From SAR202 cluster bacterium (GTDB lineage Bacteria; Chloroflexota; Dehalococcoidia; Lucifugimonadales; UBA3495), in contig VGZV01000007.1 of NCBI GenBank assembly GCA_016872385.1, positions 735-64,734 on the forward strand: a DNA stretch of 64,000 nucleotides, in the 5' to 3' direction. Positions within the stretch are counted from its first letter, which is position 1, and every line of letters starts with the position of its first letter. The position numbers were made by a program, and so were the translations under genes. Below are positions 21,163 to 31,654 of the stretch, in pieces. The notes under the pieces were generated by a model, which saw only the letters and a list, made by a program, of their open reading frames with translations, was not told the origin of the DNA and ran no database searches.

Positions 21163-23646
21163 GTGGATTGGGCATCTCTCCAGGAGCATGGTACGCACCT
21201 ACCAGAGCTGCAGGCGGACATCGGGCCAGGCGTGTTGCAATATGCCGAGGTGGCAGTAGATGCGCCAGTAGCTCCAACACGAACCTTCTCCTACAGCATC
21301 CCGGCTGGTATGACCCTGGAGCCAGGCCGGTTGGTCTGGGTGCCCTTTGGACGGCGCATCATCCAGGGCGTGGTAATGCAGCTAGTCCCCGCTCCTCGGG
21401 TAGAACCTACCCGGGACGTGCTCCAGCCGGTGGGCGCGGCTCCTCTCCTCAGTTCCACTGCCTTGGAGTTGGCCCAATGGCTCAGCCGCTATTACTTCTG
21501 CTCTCTGTTTGAGGCTGTTTCCCTCCTGCTGCCCCCCGGCTTCAAGAGTCATGTCAGGACCTGGGTATCTGCGGCGCCGGGCGCTGCCGCCAGCGGCGCG
21601 GTGTCTCCCACAGTGCAAGAAGCACTGGAAAACCTGGCTGCCCGCCCGCGCTTGAGCCAGGCGGACTTTGTTAAGTCCCTGGGGCGCAACGGGGAGCGGG
21701 AGATGGAACGGCTGGTGGGGAAAGGGCTGGTGCACCGCCAGGCGGACCTCCCCAGACCGGCCCTGGCGCCCCGCTACCAGTGCTGGCTGGTCCCAGCCCA
21801 GGTCAGCGACGCGGCGGCAGCAACAGACGGACTGACGGAGCGGCAACTGGGCCTGCTGCAGGCGGTGCGCTCCATCGGCCAGCCCTTTCCCGCTGCCTTG
21901 GCCAATAAGCAGTTTGGCCCCGGCGCCGCGGACGCGCTCCTGGCGGCGGGTCTCATTGCCCAGGACTGGCTGCGAGTAGAGAGCAACTACCCGCCATCCA
22001 TTAGCTCCCCAACCCCTGCTCCTTTCGCATTGACGCCTGCCCAGCAGGATGCCCTGGACCGCATCTGTGACGCTCTGGACGACCCAAACCAACAGCCCAG
22101 GAGCTTTCTGCTCCACGGGGTTACAGGGTCCGGCAAAACGGAGGTGTACCTGCGCGCCGCCCAGCGAGTGGTGGCGAAGGGCCAGCAGGCTATTGTCCTG
22201 GTGCCGGAAATCTCGCTCACCCCCCAGATGTTGCAACGGGTGGAGGCCCGGTTTCCGGGGCGGGTGGCGGCGCTCCACAGCCGCCTGACCCAGCGGCAGC
22301 AGTTTGACCAGTGGTGGAAGGTCCTGGCGGGTCAGTTTGACGTGGTGGTGGGCCCGCGCAGCGCGCTCTTTGCTCCGGTGACGCGCCTGGGGCTGATTGT
22401 GGTGGATGAGGAGCATGAGTGGACTTACAAGCAGGAGGAGCAGCCGCCCCTGTACCATGCCCGCACGGCGGCGCTGAAACTGGCCCAGCTCACCGGCGCT
22501 GCGGTAGTTATGGGCAGCGCCACGCCAGACGTGGAGACTTACTACCTGTCCCAGCGGGGCCGCCACCGGCTGCTGGAGCTTCCCCACCGTATAGCTCCGG
22601 CCCCTGGACAGGCGGGCCGGTTACCCCAGGTGGAAATTTGCGATATGCGCCAGGAGCTGCGGGAGGGCAACCGGGGCGTGTTCAGCAGGGCGCTGTCTCA
22701 AGCTCTGCAGGATCGCCTGGCCCTGAACCAGCAGGCCATACTATTTCTCAACCGGCGGGGCAGCGCCCCCTTTGTGCAGTGCCGGGATTGTGGATATGTG
22801 GTGGTCTGCCCCAGTTGCTCGGTGACCCTGACTTACCACTCCTCCAGCGGGCGCCTAGTCTGTCACCGGTGTAATCGCAGTGCGCCCGCCCCGCGCCAGT
22901 GCCGCCAATGCGGCGGAGACCGCATCCGCAGATTGGGCATTGGCACCCAGCGCGTGGTGGAAGAGGTGTTGGCCCTGCTGCCGGGGGTGCGGGTTGACCG
23001 CTGGGACGCCGACAGCTCCCGCGCCGGGGACGGGGCGGCCCAGGTTATGGAGCGGCTGGTTTCCGGCCAGACCCAGGTGCTGGTGGGCACGCAAATGGTA
23101 GCCAAGGGGCTGGACTTGCCCAAGGTGACCCTGGTAGGAGCCGTGCTGGCGGATATTGGCCTTAATATGCCGGACTTCCGTGCTGGTGAGCGGGGCTTTG
23201 CCCTGCTGTGCCAGGTGGCGGGCCGCGCTGGCCGGGGCAGCGTTCCGGGCCGCGTTATTATTCAGACCTATCAGCCGGAGCACTACGCTGTAGTTGCCAC
23301 CGCCCGGCAGGACTATCAGGCCATGTACCAGCCGGAAATTGCCGCCCGCCGCCAGCAGGGCAATCCGCCCTTCAACCAGTTGGCGCACCTGGTGTTCCAA
23401 GACCTTAACCCCACGCTTTGCCAGCGCCAGGCCATGGAAACGGCCCGGTCCCTGCGGCAGCGAATCGCCGCCCGCGGCCTGGTGGACGTGGCTGTGATAG
23501 GCCCGGCGCCGGGCATCCCCTCCCGCATTCGGGGGAGGCACCGCTGGCGGCTGCTGGTGCGGGGGCGCAACCTGCATCAGTTCCTGGAAGGCGTGAATAT
23601 CCCGCCCAGTTGCACTGTGGACGTGGACCCAGCCCACACGGTTTGA
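21163..23646 (+). CDS. priA: Primosomal protein N'
   Basis: GVTGSGKTEVY, VPEISLTPQ, DEEH, four CxxC pairs, GTQMVAKGLD, QVAGRAGR; start uncertain. Confidence 0.95.
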   Translation: MDWASLQEHGTHLPELQADIGPGVLQYAEVAVDAPVAPTRTFSYSIPAGMTLEPGRLVWVPFGRRIIQGVVMQLVPAPRVEPTRDVLQPVGAAPLLSSTALELAQWLSRYYFCSLFEAVSLLLPPGFKSHVRTWVSAAPGAAASGAVSPTVQEALENLAARPRLSQADFVKSLGRNGEREMERLVGKGLVHRQADLPRPALAPRYQCWLVPAQVSDAAAATDGLTERQLGLLQAVRSIGQPFPAALANKQFGPGAADALLAAGLIAQDWLRVESNYPPSISSPTPAPFALTPAQQDALDRICDALDDPNQQPRSFLLHGVTGSGKTEVYLRAAQRVVAKGQQAIVLVPEISLTPQMLQRVEARFPGRVAALHSRLTQRQQFDQWWKVLAGQFDVVVGPRSALFAPVTRLGLIVVDEEHEWTYKQEEQPPLYHARTAALKLAQLTGAAVVMGSATPDVETYYLSQRGRHRLLELPHRIAPAPGQAGRLPQVEICDMRQELREGNRGVFSRALSQALQDRLALNQQAILFLNRRGSAPFVQCRDCGYVVVCPSCSVTLTYHSSSGRLVCHRCNRSAPAPRQCRQCGGDRIRRLGIGTQRVVEEVLALLPGVRVDRWDADSSRAGDGAAQVMERLVSGQTQVLVGTQMVAKGLDLPKVTLVGAVLADIGLNMPDFRAGERGFALLCQVAGRAGRGSVPGRVIIQTYQPEHYAVVATARQDYQAMYQPEIAARRQQGNPPFNQLAHLVFQDLNPTLCQRQAMETARSLRQRIAARGLVDVAVIGPAPGIPSRIRGRHRWRLLVRGRNLHQFLEGVNIPPSCTVDVDPAHTV

Positions 23647-23723
23647 AGCTGCCTTTACACCTTGGGACGGCCTGCATATACTGGACGCACTTGTGTTCAT
23701 TCCAAGATGCGAGGTGTTTCACC

Positions 23724-24293
23724 GTGGCGTTGTTGCCCCTCCGATATCTTCCCGACCCTATCTTGCGCAAGCCGGCCCAGAAGCTTACCAAAGTCCCGCC
23801 CAACTTTCAGCGGCTGGTGGAGGACATGGTGGAAACCATGATTGCGGAGCATGGGGTGGGCCTGGCGGCCAACCAGATTGGGTCGCTCCAAAAGGTGGCG
23901 GTAATCCAGCTCCCGGAGTGGGAAGAACCCCTGGTGCTGATTAACCCAGAAATTGTGAAGCGGGAAGGCGAGCAGGAACTGGAAGAAGGCTGCTTGAGCA
24001 TTCCCGGCTACCGCGGCTTGGTCAAGCGGTCCGTTCGGGTGCGGGCCCGCGCCCTGGGGCTGGACGGCAAGGTAATCAGAATCAAAGCAGAGGGGCTGCT
24101 GGCCCAGGCCCTGGAACACGAGACTGACCACCTTAATGGCAAGCTTTACATTGACCACCTGGTTTCCCGCGATAAACTTTGGAAGCTTGTGCCCCGTGCC
24201 AGCGGCGAAGAAGGCCACGCCCATGACGGCCATGGAAATTCCTCAGTCTCACCTGCTACTCCTTCGGCTGACGCCACCCCCCAGGAAAGCTAA
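23724..24293 (+). CDS. def: Peptide deformylase
   Basis: GVGLAANQIG, EGCLSIPG, HETDHLNG; GTG start with GAGGTG RBS. Confidence 0.96.
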   Translation: MALLPLRYLPDPILRKPAQKLTKVPPNFQRLVEDMVETMIAEHGVGLAANQIGSLQKVAVIQLPEWEEPLVLINPEIVKREGEQELEEGCLSIPGYRGLVKRSVRVRARALGLDGKVIRIKAEGLLAQALEHETDHLNGKLYIDHLVSRDKLWKLVPRASGEEGHAHDGHGNSSVSPATPSADATPQES

Positions 24294-24316
24294 AGGCCAG
24301 CCACGGGCGGCGCGCT

Positions 24317-25819
24317 TTGCCTGAAATCCACGGCAACCTTCCATTGCAGAATCTCGGCGTCCTGCCTGGGCTAGCCCAGTTTTTCTCTGCCCACCGTTGC
24401 CAGGCTTACCTGGTGGGCGGGTGCGTGCGGGACGCGGTGTTGGGACTCACTCCCAAAGACCTGGATGTGGCAGTGCCTGCAGACCCGCACGTCCTGGGAC
24501 GAGACCTGGCCCAGGTTCTGGGGGCCGCTTTTGTAGCCCTCAGCCCTGAACACGGTGTGGCACGCATTGTAGTACCCGCCTCGGTATCCGCCCCGCGCCT
24601 CACCATTGATTTATCCAATTTCTCCGGAAGCATTGAGGCCGATCTCGCCCGCCGGGACTTCACCATCAATGCCCTGGCGCTGCCCCGGTCCCACTGGCTT
24701 TCGGAAGATTGGCGGGACGGGCTTCTGGACCCCTTTCAGGGCCGGCAAGACCTGGCGCGCAAGCAGGTGAAGGCGGTGGCGCGGGACATCTACCAGCAAG
24801 ACCCGGGCCGCCTGCTGCGGACCGTGCGGGTGGCAGCCCGGCTCCGCTTTAAAATTGCACCTGAAACCGCGCGGCTGGCCCAGCAAGAAGCGCCGCGCAT
24901 TGCCGCCGTTTCCGGGGAGCGGCTGCGGGACGAGTTTCTGGCCATTCTGGCTGGGGACGGCGCCCATGCCCAACTGGAAATTCTCGACCGCCTGGACCTG
25001 CTTTGCCGCATTGTGCCTGAGCTGGCCCACACCAAAGGTGTTACCCAGCCCAAGGCCCACCACTACTGGGACGTCTGGGGACATTTGCTCCACGCTGTGG
25101 CGGCGGCGGAGGCGGTTACCGGCGGCCACCAGAACTCGGCTATTTACTCTATGGTGCCCTGGACGCCGGAACTGCAAGCCTATTTCCAGCAGGAAGTCTG
25201 CGACGGACACCAGCGCCGCACTGTGCTGAAGCTGGCGGCCCTCTTTCACGACATTGCCAAGCCCCAGACCAAAGGCCCCGACGCCACCGGCCGCATCCGG
25301 TTTCTGGGCCACTCAGAGTTGGGGGCGGAAATGGCCTCCCGCCGGCTGGCGGCGTTGCGGGTTAGCTCCAGGGGCATCAGCATGGTGCGGGCCATGATTG
25401 AGGAGCACCTTCGTCCTTTTCAGATGCGCCAGGGAGCAGAAATGCCCACACCCCGGGCCGTTTATCGGTACTTCCGGGACCTGGGTGATGTGGCCGTGGA
25501 TACCCTCTACCTGTCCATGGCCGATTATCTGGCTGCAAAAGGCCCAGAGCTGTCTCTCGAACGGTGGGCTGGCCATGCTAGAATGATTGGGCACATTTTG
25601 CAGGGTTCCGCCCCTGTGCCTGGTCCCGCCCAGCCCCAGCGGCTGGTGGACGGCGGCCAGTTAATGCGGTACCTTAACTTGTCTCCCGGCCCTCAGGTGG
25701 GGCGGCTGCTGGAGTTAATCGCCGAGGCGCAGGCGGTGGGTGAAATTTCCACCCAGGCGGAGGCGCTGGCGCTGGCAGCCAGGGCGCTTAGAGAAAGTAG
25801 TACACAAAGTCAGGAGTAA
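24317..25819 (+). CDS. tRNA nucleotidyltransferase/poly(A) polymerase family with HD domain
   Basis: VGGCVRD..LG..PKDLD, RRDFTINAL, DPGRLLR, FHDIAKP. Confidence 0.9.
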   Translation: MPEIHGNLPLQNLGVLPGLAQFFSAHRCQAYLVGGCVRDAVLGLTPKDLDVAVPADPHVLGRDLAQVLGAAFVALSPEHGVARIVVPASVSAPRLTIDLSNFSGSIEADLARRDFTINALALPRSHWLSEDWRDGLLDPFQGRQDLARKQVKAVARDIYQQDPGRLLRTVRVAARLRFKIAPETARLAQQEAPRIAAVSGERLRDEFLAILAGDGAHAQLEILDRLDLLCRIVPELAHTKGVTQPKAHHYWDVWGHLLHAVAAAEAVTGGHQNSAIYSMVPWTPELQAYFQQEVCDGHQRRTVLKLAALFHDIAKPQTKGPDATGRIRFLGHSELGAEMASRRLAALRVSSRGISMVRAMIEEHLRPFQMRQGAEMPTPRAVYRYFRDLGDVAVDTLYLSMADYLAAKGPELSLERWAGHARMIGHILQGSAPVPGPAQPQRLVDGGQLMRYLNLSPGPQVGRLLELIAEAQAVGEISTQAEALALAARALRESSTQSQE

Positions 25820-25821
25820 CA

Positions 25822-27603
25822 ATGCGCGGGCGGACTACCCGGATAACCGTATTGATTGTGTTGATTATGGCCTTGGCGGTGGCGTCTTTGGCCTTTCGGG
25901 GCATCCACATTGATGTTCCAGTGTTGCCCAAGGTGGACCGTGAAGGCACCGGCCCCTTAGGGCTTAAGTTGGGATTGGACCTGCGGGGTGGCGGCAACCT
26001 GGTATACCAGGCGGATACCGGCACGCGTTTGGTGGTGACTTTTACCGATGCCCACGAGGCCAAAGCCGTGACGGAAGCCCTTGCTGGGGCTGGACTTACC
26101 GGCGCGGATGTCCAGCCCCAGGGTTCCAGCAATTTATTTCGCATTAAGACTGTGCTGCTGGATTCTGCCAAGCGGCAGGAGGTGCGGGACGCTCTGACTG
26201 AAAAAGTTGGCACGTTGGAGTCGGTGGCGCCCACTGATATCACCAACCCCACTCCTGATCAGATGGAGGGTGCGCTGAGCATTATCTCCCGCCGCGTGAA
26301 CCTTTTTGGTACAGAAGAGCCCATCATCCAGCGCTTTGGAGATGACCGCATAATTGTGCAGCTCCCAGGCGCCACCGGATCACAGACCGAGGTGGAGTTC
26401 AGCCAGGCCGCCACCGAGGCGGCGGTGCGGTCTGCTTTGGCCTCCGTGAGCCTTGAAGGCGCAAGAATTGAGGTCCGCAGCGACCGGAGCTACCGCATCC
26501 GCACGACCACCCTAGACCAGGCCAAGCGGGATGGACTGCGCCAGGCCTTGCAAGACCAGGTTGCCCCTGTTTCGTCTTACAAGGTGACCAGCGCCATTGA
26601 CAATGCCAAGTCCCTCATTGGCCAGACCGCCCGGCTGGAGTTCAAGGAGCGCACCTGCACCGACCTGAGCTGCATCCAATTCACGGATACTGATCTGGGT
26701 CTCACCGGCGACGACCTGGATAACGCCTACACTGCTACTTCATCCACCACTGGCGAGTGGGTGGTGAACATCCAGTTCAACAGCCGCGGCGCGGAAATCT
26801 TCTCCGATTTGACCCGGCGCATTGTCAACGTCAACACCAAACGCATCGCTGTCTTTCTGGATGACCAGGAGCTGATTGCGCCGGTGGCCCGGGGCTGGAT
26901 CCGGGACGGCCGCAGCGAGATTACTGGCGGCTTTACCCGGGAATCGGCCAGGACCCTGGCAGTGCAATTGGAGTCAGGACGCCTGCCTGTACCCCTCAAG
27001 CTGGTGCAAGAGAGCGAGGTGGACTCCCTTTTGGGCGCCGCCTCCCTGCGCAGCAGCCTCATAGCGGGCCTGGTGGGTTTGGGACTGGTTATGGCCTTCA
27101 TGGTGGTGTATTACCGGGCCGCGGGTGTGGTGGCTTCCATAGCCCTGGCCTTTTACACCATCCTGCTGCTGGCAATCTTCAAACTGGTGCCCGTCACCCT
27201 TACACTGCCGGGCATTGCCGGTTTCATTCTCTCCATCGGTATGGCGGTGGACGCCAACGTGCTCATCTTTGAGCGCATGAAAGAGGAGCTGCGCATCGGG
27301 CGCACCCTTTCATCCTCCATGGAAGTGGCTTTCAGCCGGGCCTGGCCGGCCATTCGCGACGGCAACGTGACCATCTTTATCTCCTGCGGCATCCTGCTCT
27401 GGTTTGGCAGCCGCTTGGGGGGAGAGCTGGTCACCGGATTTGCCCTTACGTTGTTCATTGGCACGGTGATTAGTGTGTTCACTGCCGTCACCGTCAGCCG
27501 CAATCTGCTGCAACTGCTGGCTAGGGCTGGCCTGTCCCGGCATGCCAGCCTGTTCACCCCAGAAGGCATACGCCGTCCGGCAGCAGCGCCGGCAGGGAGG
27601 TAG
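25822..27603 (+). CDS. secD: Protein translocase subunit SecD
   Basis: LGLDLRGG, IIVQLPG, SGRLPVPL, GMAVDANVLIFERMKEE. Confidence 0.96.
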   Translation: MRGRTTRITVLIVLIMALAVASLAFRGIHIDVPVLPKVDREGTGPLGLKLGLDLRGGGNLVYQADTGTRLVVTFTDAHEAKAVTEALAGAGLTGADVQPQGSSNLFRIKTVLLDSAKRQEVRDALTEKVGTLESVAPTDITNPTPDQMEGALSIISRRVNLFGTEEPIIQRFGDDRIIVQLPGATGSQTEVEFSQAATEAAVRSALASVSLEGARIEVRSDRSYRIRTTTLDQAKRDGLRQALQDQVAPVSSYKVTSAIDNAKSLIGQTARLEFKERTCTDLSCIQFTDTDLGLTGDDLDNAYTATSSTTGEWVVNIQFNSRGAEIFSDLTRRIVNVNTKRIAVFLDDQELIAPVARGWIRDGRSEITGGFTRESARTLAVQLESGRLPVPLKLVQESEVDSLLGAASLRSSLIAGLVGLGLVMAFMVVYYRAAGVVASIALAFYTILLLAIFKLVPVTLTLPGIAGFILSIGMAVDANVLIFERMKEELRIGRTLSSSMEVAFSRAWPAIRDGNVTIFISCGILLWFGSRLGGELVTGFALTLFIGTVISVFTAVTVSRNLLQLLARAGLSRHASLFTPEGIRRPAAAPAGR

Positions 27604-27608
27604 CACTC

Positions 27609-28601
27609 GTGCTGGATATTGTAGGTAAGCGGGGCTGGTACTTTCTTGGCTCCGGGCTTCTAATTCTTGCCGGCTTGATTTCTCTGGTTATGCCGCCCGG
27701 CGGCTGGGTAAACCTGGGATCCGGCCTTAAACCTGGCATCGAGTTCTCCAGTGGATCGGTGCTGCACGTGACCTTCGATAAGCCGGTATCGGACACGGAT
27801 GTCCGTGCCCGCATGAGCGCCTTGGGCCACGGCGAAGCATTGGTCCAGAAGAGCGGCGACCGCGCCATGATAATCCGCACCCGGGTGCTGCAAGAGCCCG
27901 TGGGCGGCGCGCCCTCGGAGCGGGAGACTATCCAGGAAGACCTGGCCCGCAACGTGGCCTCTATTGAAAGCGCTGAATTTGCCTCGGTGTCGCCCATTGT
28001 GGCCCAGGAAACGGTGCGCAATGCTTTCATTGCCCTGGCAGCTTCGGCAGTGGGCATATTCCTGTACGTATGGTACTCCTTCCACCGAGTGCCCAAGGCG
28101 TACCGCTATGGCGCCAGCACCATCCTGGCCCTGCTCCATGACCTGGTAATTGTCATGGGCATCTTCTCCATACTGGGGCGCACCCTCGGAACCGAGGTCA
28201 ACTCCATGTTCGTGGTGGGAATGTTGACCCTGGCGGGCTACAGCGTCAACGATACCATAGTGGTGCTGGACCGCATCCGGGAAAATTTGGGCAGGCACCC
28301 GGATCGCCCTCTGGACCAACTCGTCAACGAAAGCACCTGGGAGACCATGGGGCGGTCGCTAAATACCAGCTTTATGGTGCTGATTGTGGTCCTGGCCATG
28401 CTTCTGCTGGGCGGGGCCAGTATCCGGGAGTTGCTGCTGGTCTTGACCTTCGGCTCCATCGTTGGCAGCTACAGTTCTATCTTCATTGCCAGCCAGTTCC
28501 TGGTAATTTGGGAGCGCGGCGAATTCAGCCGTGCCTGGCGGTGGGGCAAGCGCGCCCCGGCTGCCGCCGCCATGTTGCTCCTGCACGTTATTGGACGGTA
28601 A
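27609..28601 (+). CDS. secF: Protein translocase subunit SecF
   Basis: GIEFSSG, LLHD, GYSVNDTIVVLDRIREN, GSYSSIFIA. Confidence 0.96.
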   Translation: MLDIVGKRGWYFLGSGLLILAGLISLVMPPGGWVNLGSGLKPGIEFSSGSVLHVTFDKPVSDTDVRARMSALGHGEALVQKSGDRAMIIRTRVLQEPVGGAPSERETIQEDLARNVASIESAEFASVSPIVAQETVRNAFIALAASAVGIFLYVWYSFHRVPKAYRYGASTILALLHDLVIVMGIFSILGRTLGTEVNSMFVVGMLTLAGYSVNDTIVVLDRIRENLGRHPDRPLDQLVNESTWETMGRSLNTSFMVLIVVLAMLLLGGASIRELLLVLTFGSIVGSYSSIFIASQFLVIWERGEFSRAWRWGKRAPAAAAMLLLHVIGR

Positions 28602-29634
28602 GCACCAGCCGTCCCAGCACGGAACGGGATGACAGCAGGGCAAAGGCTTCCTGGGCGGCTTCCAGGGGAAGCGCGTGGCTGACCAACGGCGTCAGCCTGC
28701 CCTGGGCGGCCAGTTCCGCCACCCGCTCCAGTGTGGCACGGGATACGCCCGATGAGCCCAGGATGCGGGCATCCCGAAAGATGGCCTCTGCCAGGTCTAG
28801 GGCCACAGGCTGGCCGGTGACTTCGCCCAGGAGCGCCAGCCTGCCGTATTGGCCCAGGCAGCGCCAGGTGGAAGGAAACAAGGGAGACCCCACCGTGTCA
28901 ATGATGACATCGGCTCCCTCGTCGCCGGTGAGGGCCAGGACAACTTCGCTGAAATCCAGTCCTTCGTCAGGGTTTTGGGAAACTTCCACTGTCTCCCAGG
29001 CTCCCAGCGCTTTCAGGCGCGGAACTTTCGCCGGAGATGAGGTGACGGCCAGCACCCGCGCTCCCAAAGTTGCGGCGGCCTGCACCGTGTGGCTGCCCAG
29101 CCCGCCTCCTGCGCCGGTCACCAATACAGTCTCTCCTGGCATCACCTGGGCCACGGACTCCAGCGCCTGGAAAGCCACCCCCATGGGACAAGCCAGCAGG
29201 CAGGCGGTGGTCAGGTCCAGTCCCGGCGGCAAGAGGACCAGGCTGGCGGCGCTGACAGATACATACTCGGCAAAGCCGCCCGCCCGTCCGTGCCCAATGC
29301 CCTGTCCGGCCCGGCAGCGGTGCTCCCGGCCTTGGCGGCAGCGGTCACACCGGCCGCAAATACTGGTGAGCAGACTCACCACCGCCTGGCCTGGCTGCAC
29401 CGTGGTTACTCCTTCACCCAACGCCTCTACTGTGCCGGAAATTTCGTGGCCCAGCACTGCGCCGTAGGGCACGCCGCGGCGCAGCACGCCGGCCATCACC
29501 AGCAAATCGTGGTGACAGAATCCGCAGGCGGCCACGCGTACTAATGCCTCCCCAGGTCCAGGGACCGGAGTTGGCACTTCTCTTATTCGCAGCGTCGGCG
29601 GGCGGCCGGGCTGCTCCAGCGCCAGGGCACGCAT
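28588..29634 (-). CDS. Zinc-binding medium-chain dehydrogenase/reductase
   Basis: CGFCHHD, GHEISG, CGRCDRC..C, GAGGGLG. Confidence 0.9.
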   Translation of the reverse strand: MRALALEQPGRPPTLRIREVPTPVPGPGEALVRVAACGFCHHDLLVMAGVLRRGVPYGAVLGHEISGTVEALGEGVTTVQPGQAVVSLLTSICGRCDRCRQGREHRCRAGQGIGHGRAGGFAEYVSVSAASLVLLPPGLDLTTACLLACPMGVAFQALESVAQVMPGETVLVTGAGGGLGSHTVQAAATLGARVLAVTSSPAKVPRLKALGAWETVEVSQNPDEGLDFSEVVLALTGDEGADVIIDTVGSPLFPSTWRCLGQYGRLALLGEVTGQPVALDLAEAIFRDARILGSSGVSRATLERVAELAAQGRLTPLVSHALPLEAAQEAFALLSSRSVLGRLVLTVQ

Positions 29635-29765
29635 AATTGGGACAATTATAGGAGTTCGGCCCAGCAGAGCCAACGCACTTCAGGGCGTATAATTTGTCAA
29701 CAACAAGTATCCACCAATCCCGGGCCGGCGCGGCTTGGGAAGGTTGAATAGCAGGAAGATGAATT

Positions 29766-30623
29766 ATGCGAATCGGTGCGCATGTCTCTACAGCGGGTGG
29801 CATCAGTAAGGCGGTGGACCGCGGCGTGGAAATCGGCTGCGAGACCATTCAAATCTTCGGTTCTTCGCCCCAGAGCTGGGCCTTCAAGTCCGTGCCAGAG
29901 GCCGAGGCATCTGCCTTCAAGCGGAAGGCGGCGGAGACCGGCCTGGGGCCGGTGTTCATTCATGCCATCTACCTGATTAACTTGGGCACTTCTAACCAGG
30001 CCAACCTGGAAAAGGGCAAGCAGTCCTTGATTAATTACTTGACCCTGGCCGCGCAGATTGGCGCGGGCGGCGTTGTCTTCCATCCCGGCAGCCACCAGGG
30101 AGTAGGGTACGACGGAGTAGTGCCGCAAGTGGTGGCGACCCTTAAAGAGGTGCTGGAGAAGTCGCCAGAGGGGCCATGCCTGGCGGTGGAGAACATGGCT
30201 GGCATGGGCCAGCACATTGGCGCCAGCTTTGATGAGTTGGGCCGCATTCTGCGGGAAGTGGACAACCCGAGGCTGCGCGTATGCCTGGATACCCAGCACA
30301 GCTTTGCGGCAGGCTACGACCTGACCACGCCGGAAGGTGTAGCCAGCATGATTGCCGAATTTGACCGGGCCATTGGCCTTGGCAAGCTGGCGGCGGTGCA
30401 CGCCAATGACTCCAAACAACCCCTGGGTTCAGGGGTGGACCGGCACGACAACATTGGCGAAGGTTTCATCGGCAAGAAAGGCTTTGCAGCCATCATGGCG
30501 CACTCCGCTTTCCAGGCTGTGCCTTTCTTTCTGGAGGTGCCTGGCTTTGAAGGCAAAGGCCCAGACCAGCGCAACGTGGAAATTCTGAAGGAAATCCGCC
30601 AAAAGGTGGGCGCCCCTGCGTGA
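29766..30623 (+). CDS. nfo: Endonuclease IV
   Basis: IGAHVS, HAIYLINL, HPGS, ENMAG, DTQH, HANDSK, DRHDNIGEG. Confidence 0.95.
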   Translation: MRIGAHVSTAGGISKAVDRGVEIGCETIQIFGSSPQSWAFKSVPEAEASAFKRKAAETGLGPVFIHAIYLINLGTSNQANLEKGKQSLINYLTLAAQIGAGGVVFHPGSHQGVGYDGVVPQVVATLKEVLEKSPEGPCLAVENMAGMGQHIGASFDELGRILREVDNPRLRVCLDTQHSFAAGYDLTTPEGVASMIAEFDRAIGLGKLAAVHANDSKQPLGSGVDRHDNIGEGFIGKKGFAAIMAHSAFQAVPFFLEVPGFEGKGPDQRNVEILKEIRQKVGAPA

Positions 30624-30988
30624 TGCGGCTAACCCGGAGTCAGTTCATACTGCTGGTGCAGCAGGCTTACCGGCAGCTCCCGCCGCAGGTGCGGCGCGCG
30701 CTGCGCAATGTGGACGTGGTGGTGGAAGACCAGCCCAGCCGTCAGGATATGTCTGACTTGAGACTGGAGGGCACCCTCTTTGGCCTGTACCACGGCGTGC
30801 CCCTGACGCAGAGGGAAGGCGGAGGCCCAACCCTGCCTGACCGAATTGCTATTTACCGGCTGCCCATACTGGCGAGTTGCTCAACTCCCGCAGAGGTAGT
30901 GCGCCAGGTGCGCATTACCCTGTGGCATGAGGTAGGCCATTACCTGGGCCTGGGCGAGGATGACTTGAGACGACTGGGCTATGGCTGA
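30620..30988 (+). CDS. Minimal zincin-like metallopeptidase
   Basis: GLYHGVPL, PDRIAIYR, HEVGHYLG. Confidence 0.88.
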   Translation: MMRLTRSQFILLVQQAYRQLPPQVRRALRNVDVVVEDQPSRQDMSDLRLEGTLFGLYHGVPLTQREGGGPTLPDRIAIYRLPILASCSTPAEVVRQVRITLWHEVGHYLGLGEDDLRRLGYG

Positions 30989-31448
30989 GGACCCCATGTT
31001 GCGGCGTGCTGTCCAGTTGCTGGGCATGGGCTTTGGCACTGGTCTGGCTCCCGCGGCCCCTGCCACCGTGGGCAGCCTGGCGGCGGTGATTATCTACTTC
31101 CTGCTCCCCTTTTCCGGCGACTCCCTGGGGTTGTTTCTCCTCATTGGCTTGGGATTCCTGGTGGGAGTGCCCGCCACTGCCAGCCTGATAACCTCCGGCG
31201 ATACTGACCCCCACCGGGCAGTTTGGGACGAGTTCGTGGGCATGTGGGCCTCATGCCTCCTGCTGCCCAAGACTTGGCCCTGGCTGCTGGCGGCCTTCGT
31301 ATGCTTCCGCGTGTTTGACATAATCAAGCCCTGGCCACTGCGCCGCCTGGAGCGTCTGCCAGGCGGGTTGGGCATCATGGCCGATGATTTAGCCGCTGGC
31401 ATCCTCAGTGCGGCCTTGCTGAATATGGCGCATCTGACGGTATTCTAG
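30981..31448 (+). CDS. pgpA: Phosphatidylglycerophosphatase A
   Basis: VWDEFVG, FRVFDIIKPWP, GGLGIMADDL. Confidence 0.92.
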   Translation: MAEDPMLRRAVQLLGMGFGTGLAPAAPATVGSLAAVIIYFLLPFSGDSLGLFLLIGLGFLVGVPATASLITSGDTDPHRAVWDEFVGMWASCLLLPKTWPWLLAAFVCFRVFDIIKPWPLRRLERLPGGLGIMADDLAAGILSAALLNMAHLTVF

Positions 31449-31462
31449 GCGCAGGATTCGCA

Positions 31463-31654
31463 TTGCCCGTGAATAGGCCCTGTGTTATACTCCGAACTAC
31501 ACTTTATAATCGGCCGCAACCCCTTATTGCAGAGTATTGCACGGGCAATAGCCGGGGGGCTGTTCCCTGGCTTGGCCCTATGTTAATATTGCGGTCGGTG
31601 CGGATGCAGAAATGATGCCACCCGTACGGGTGGCAGTTGAGAAAGGCAGGTGTT
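31463..31654 (+). promoter_or_regulatory. rpsB promoter and structured 5' leader
   Basis: TTGCCC-17-TATACT (31463-31491); stems TCGGCCGCAA/TTGCGGTCGG and TGCCACCC-GTAC-GGGTGGCA. Confidence 0.5.
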
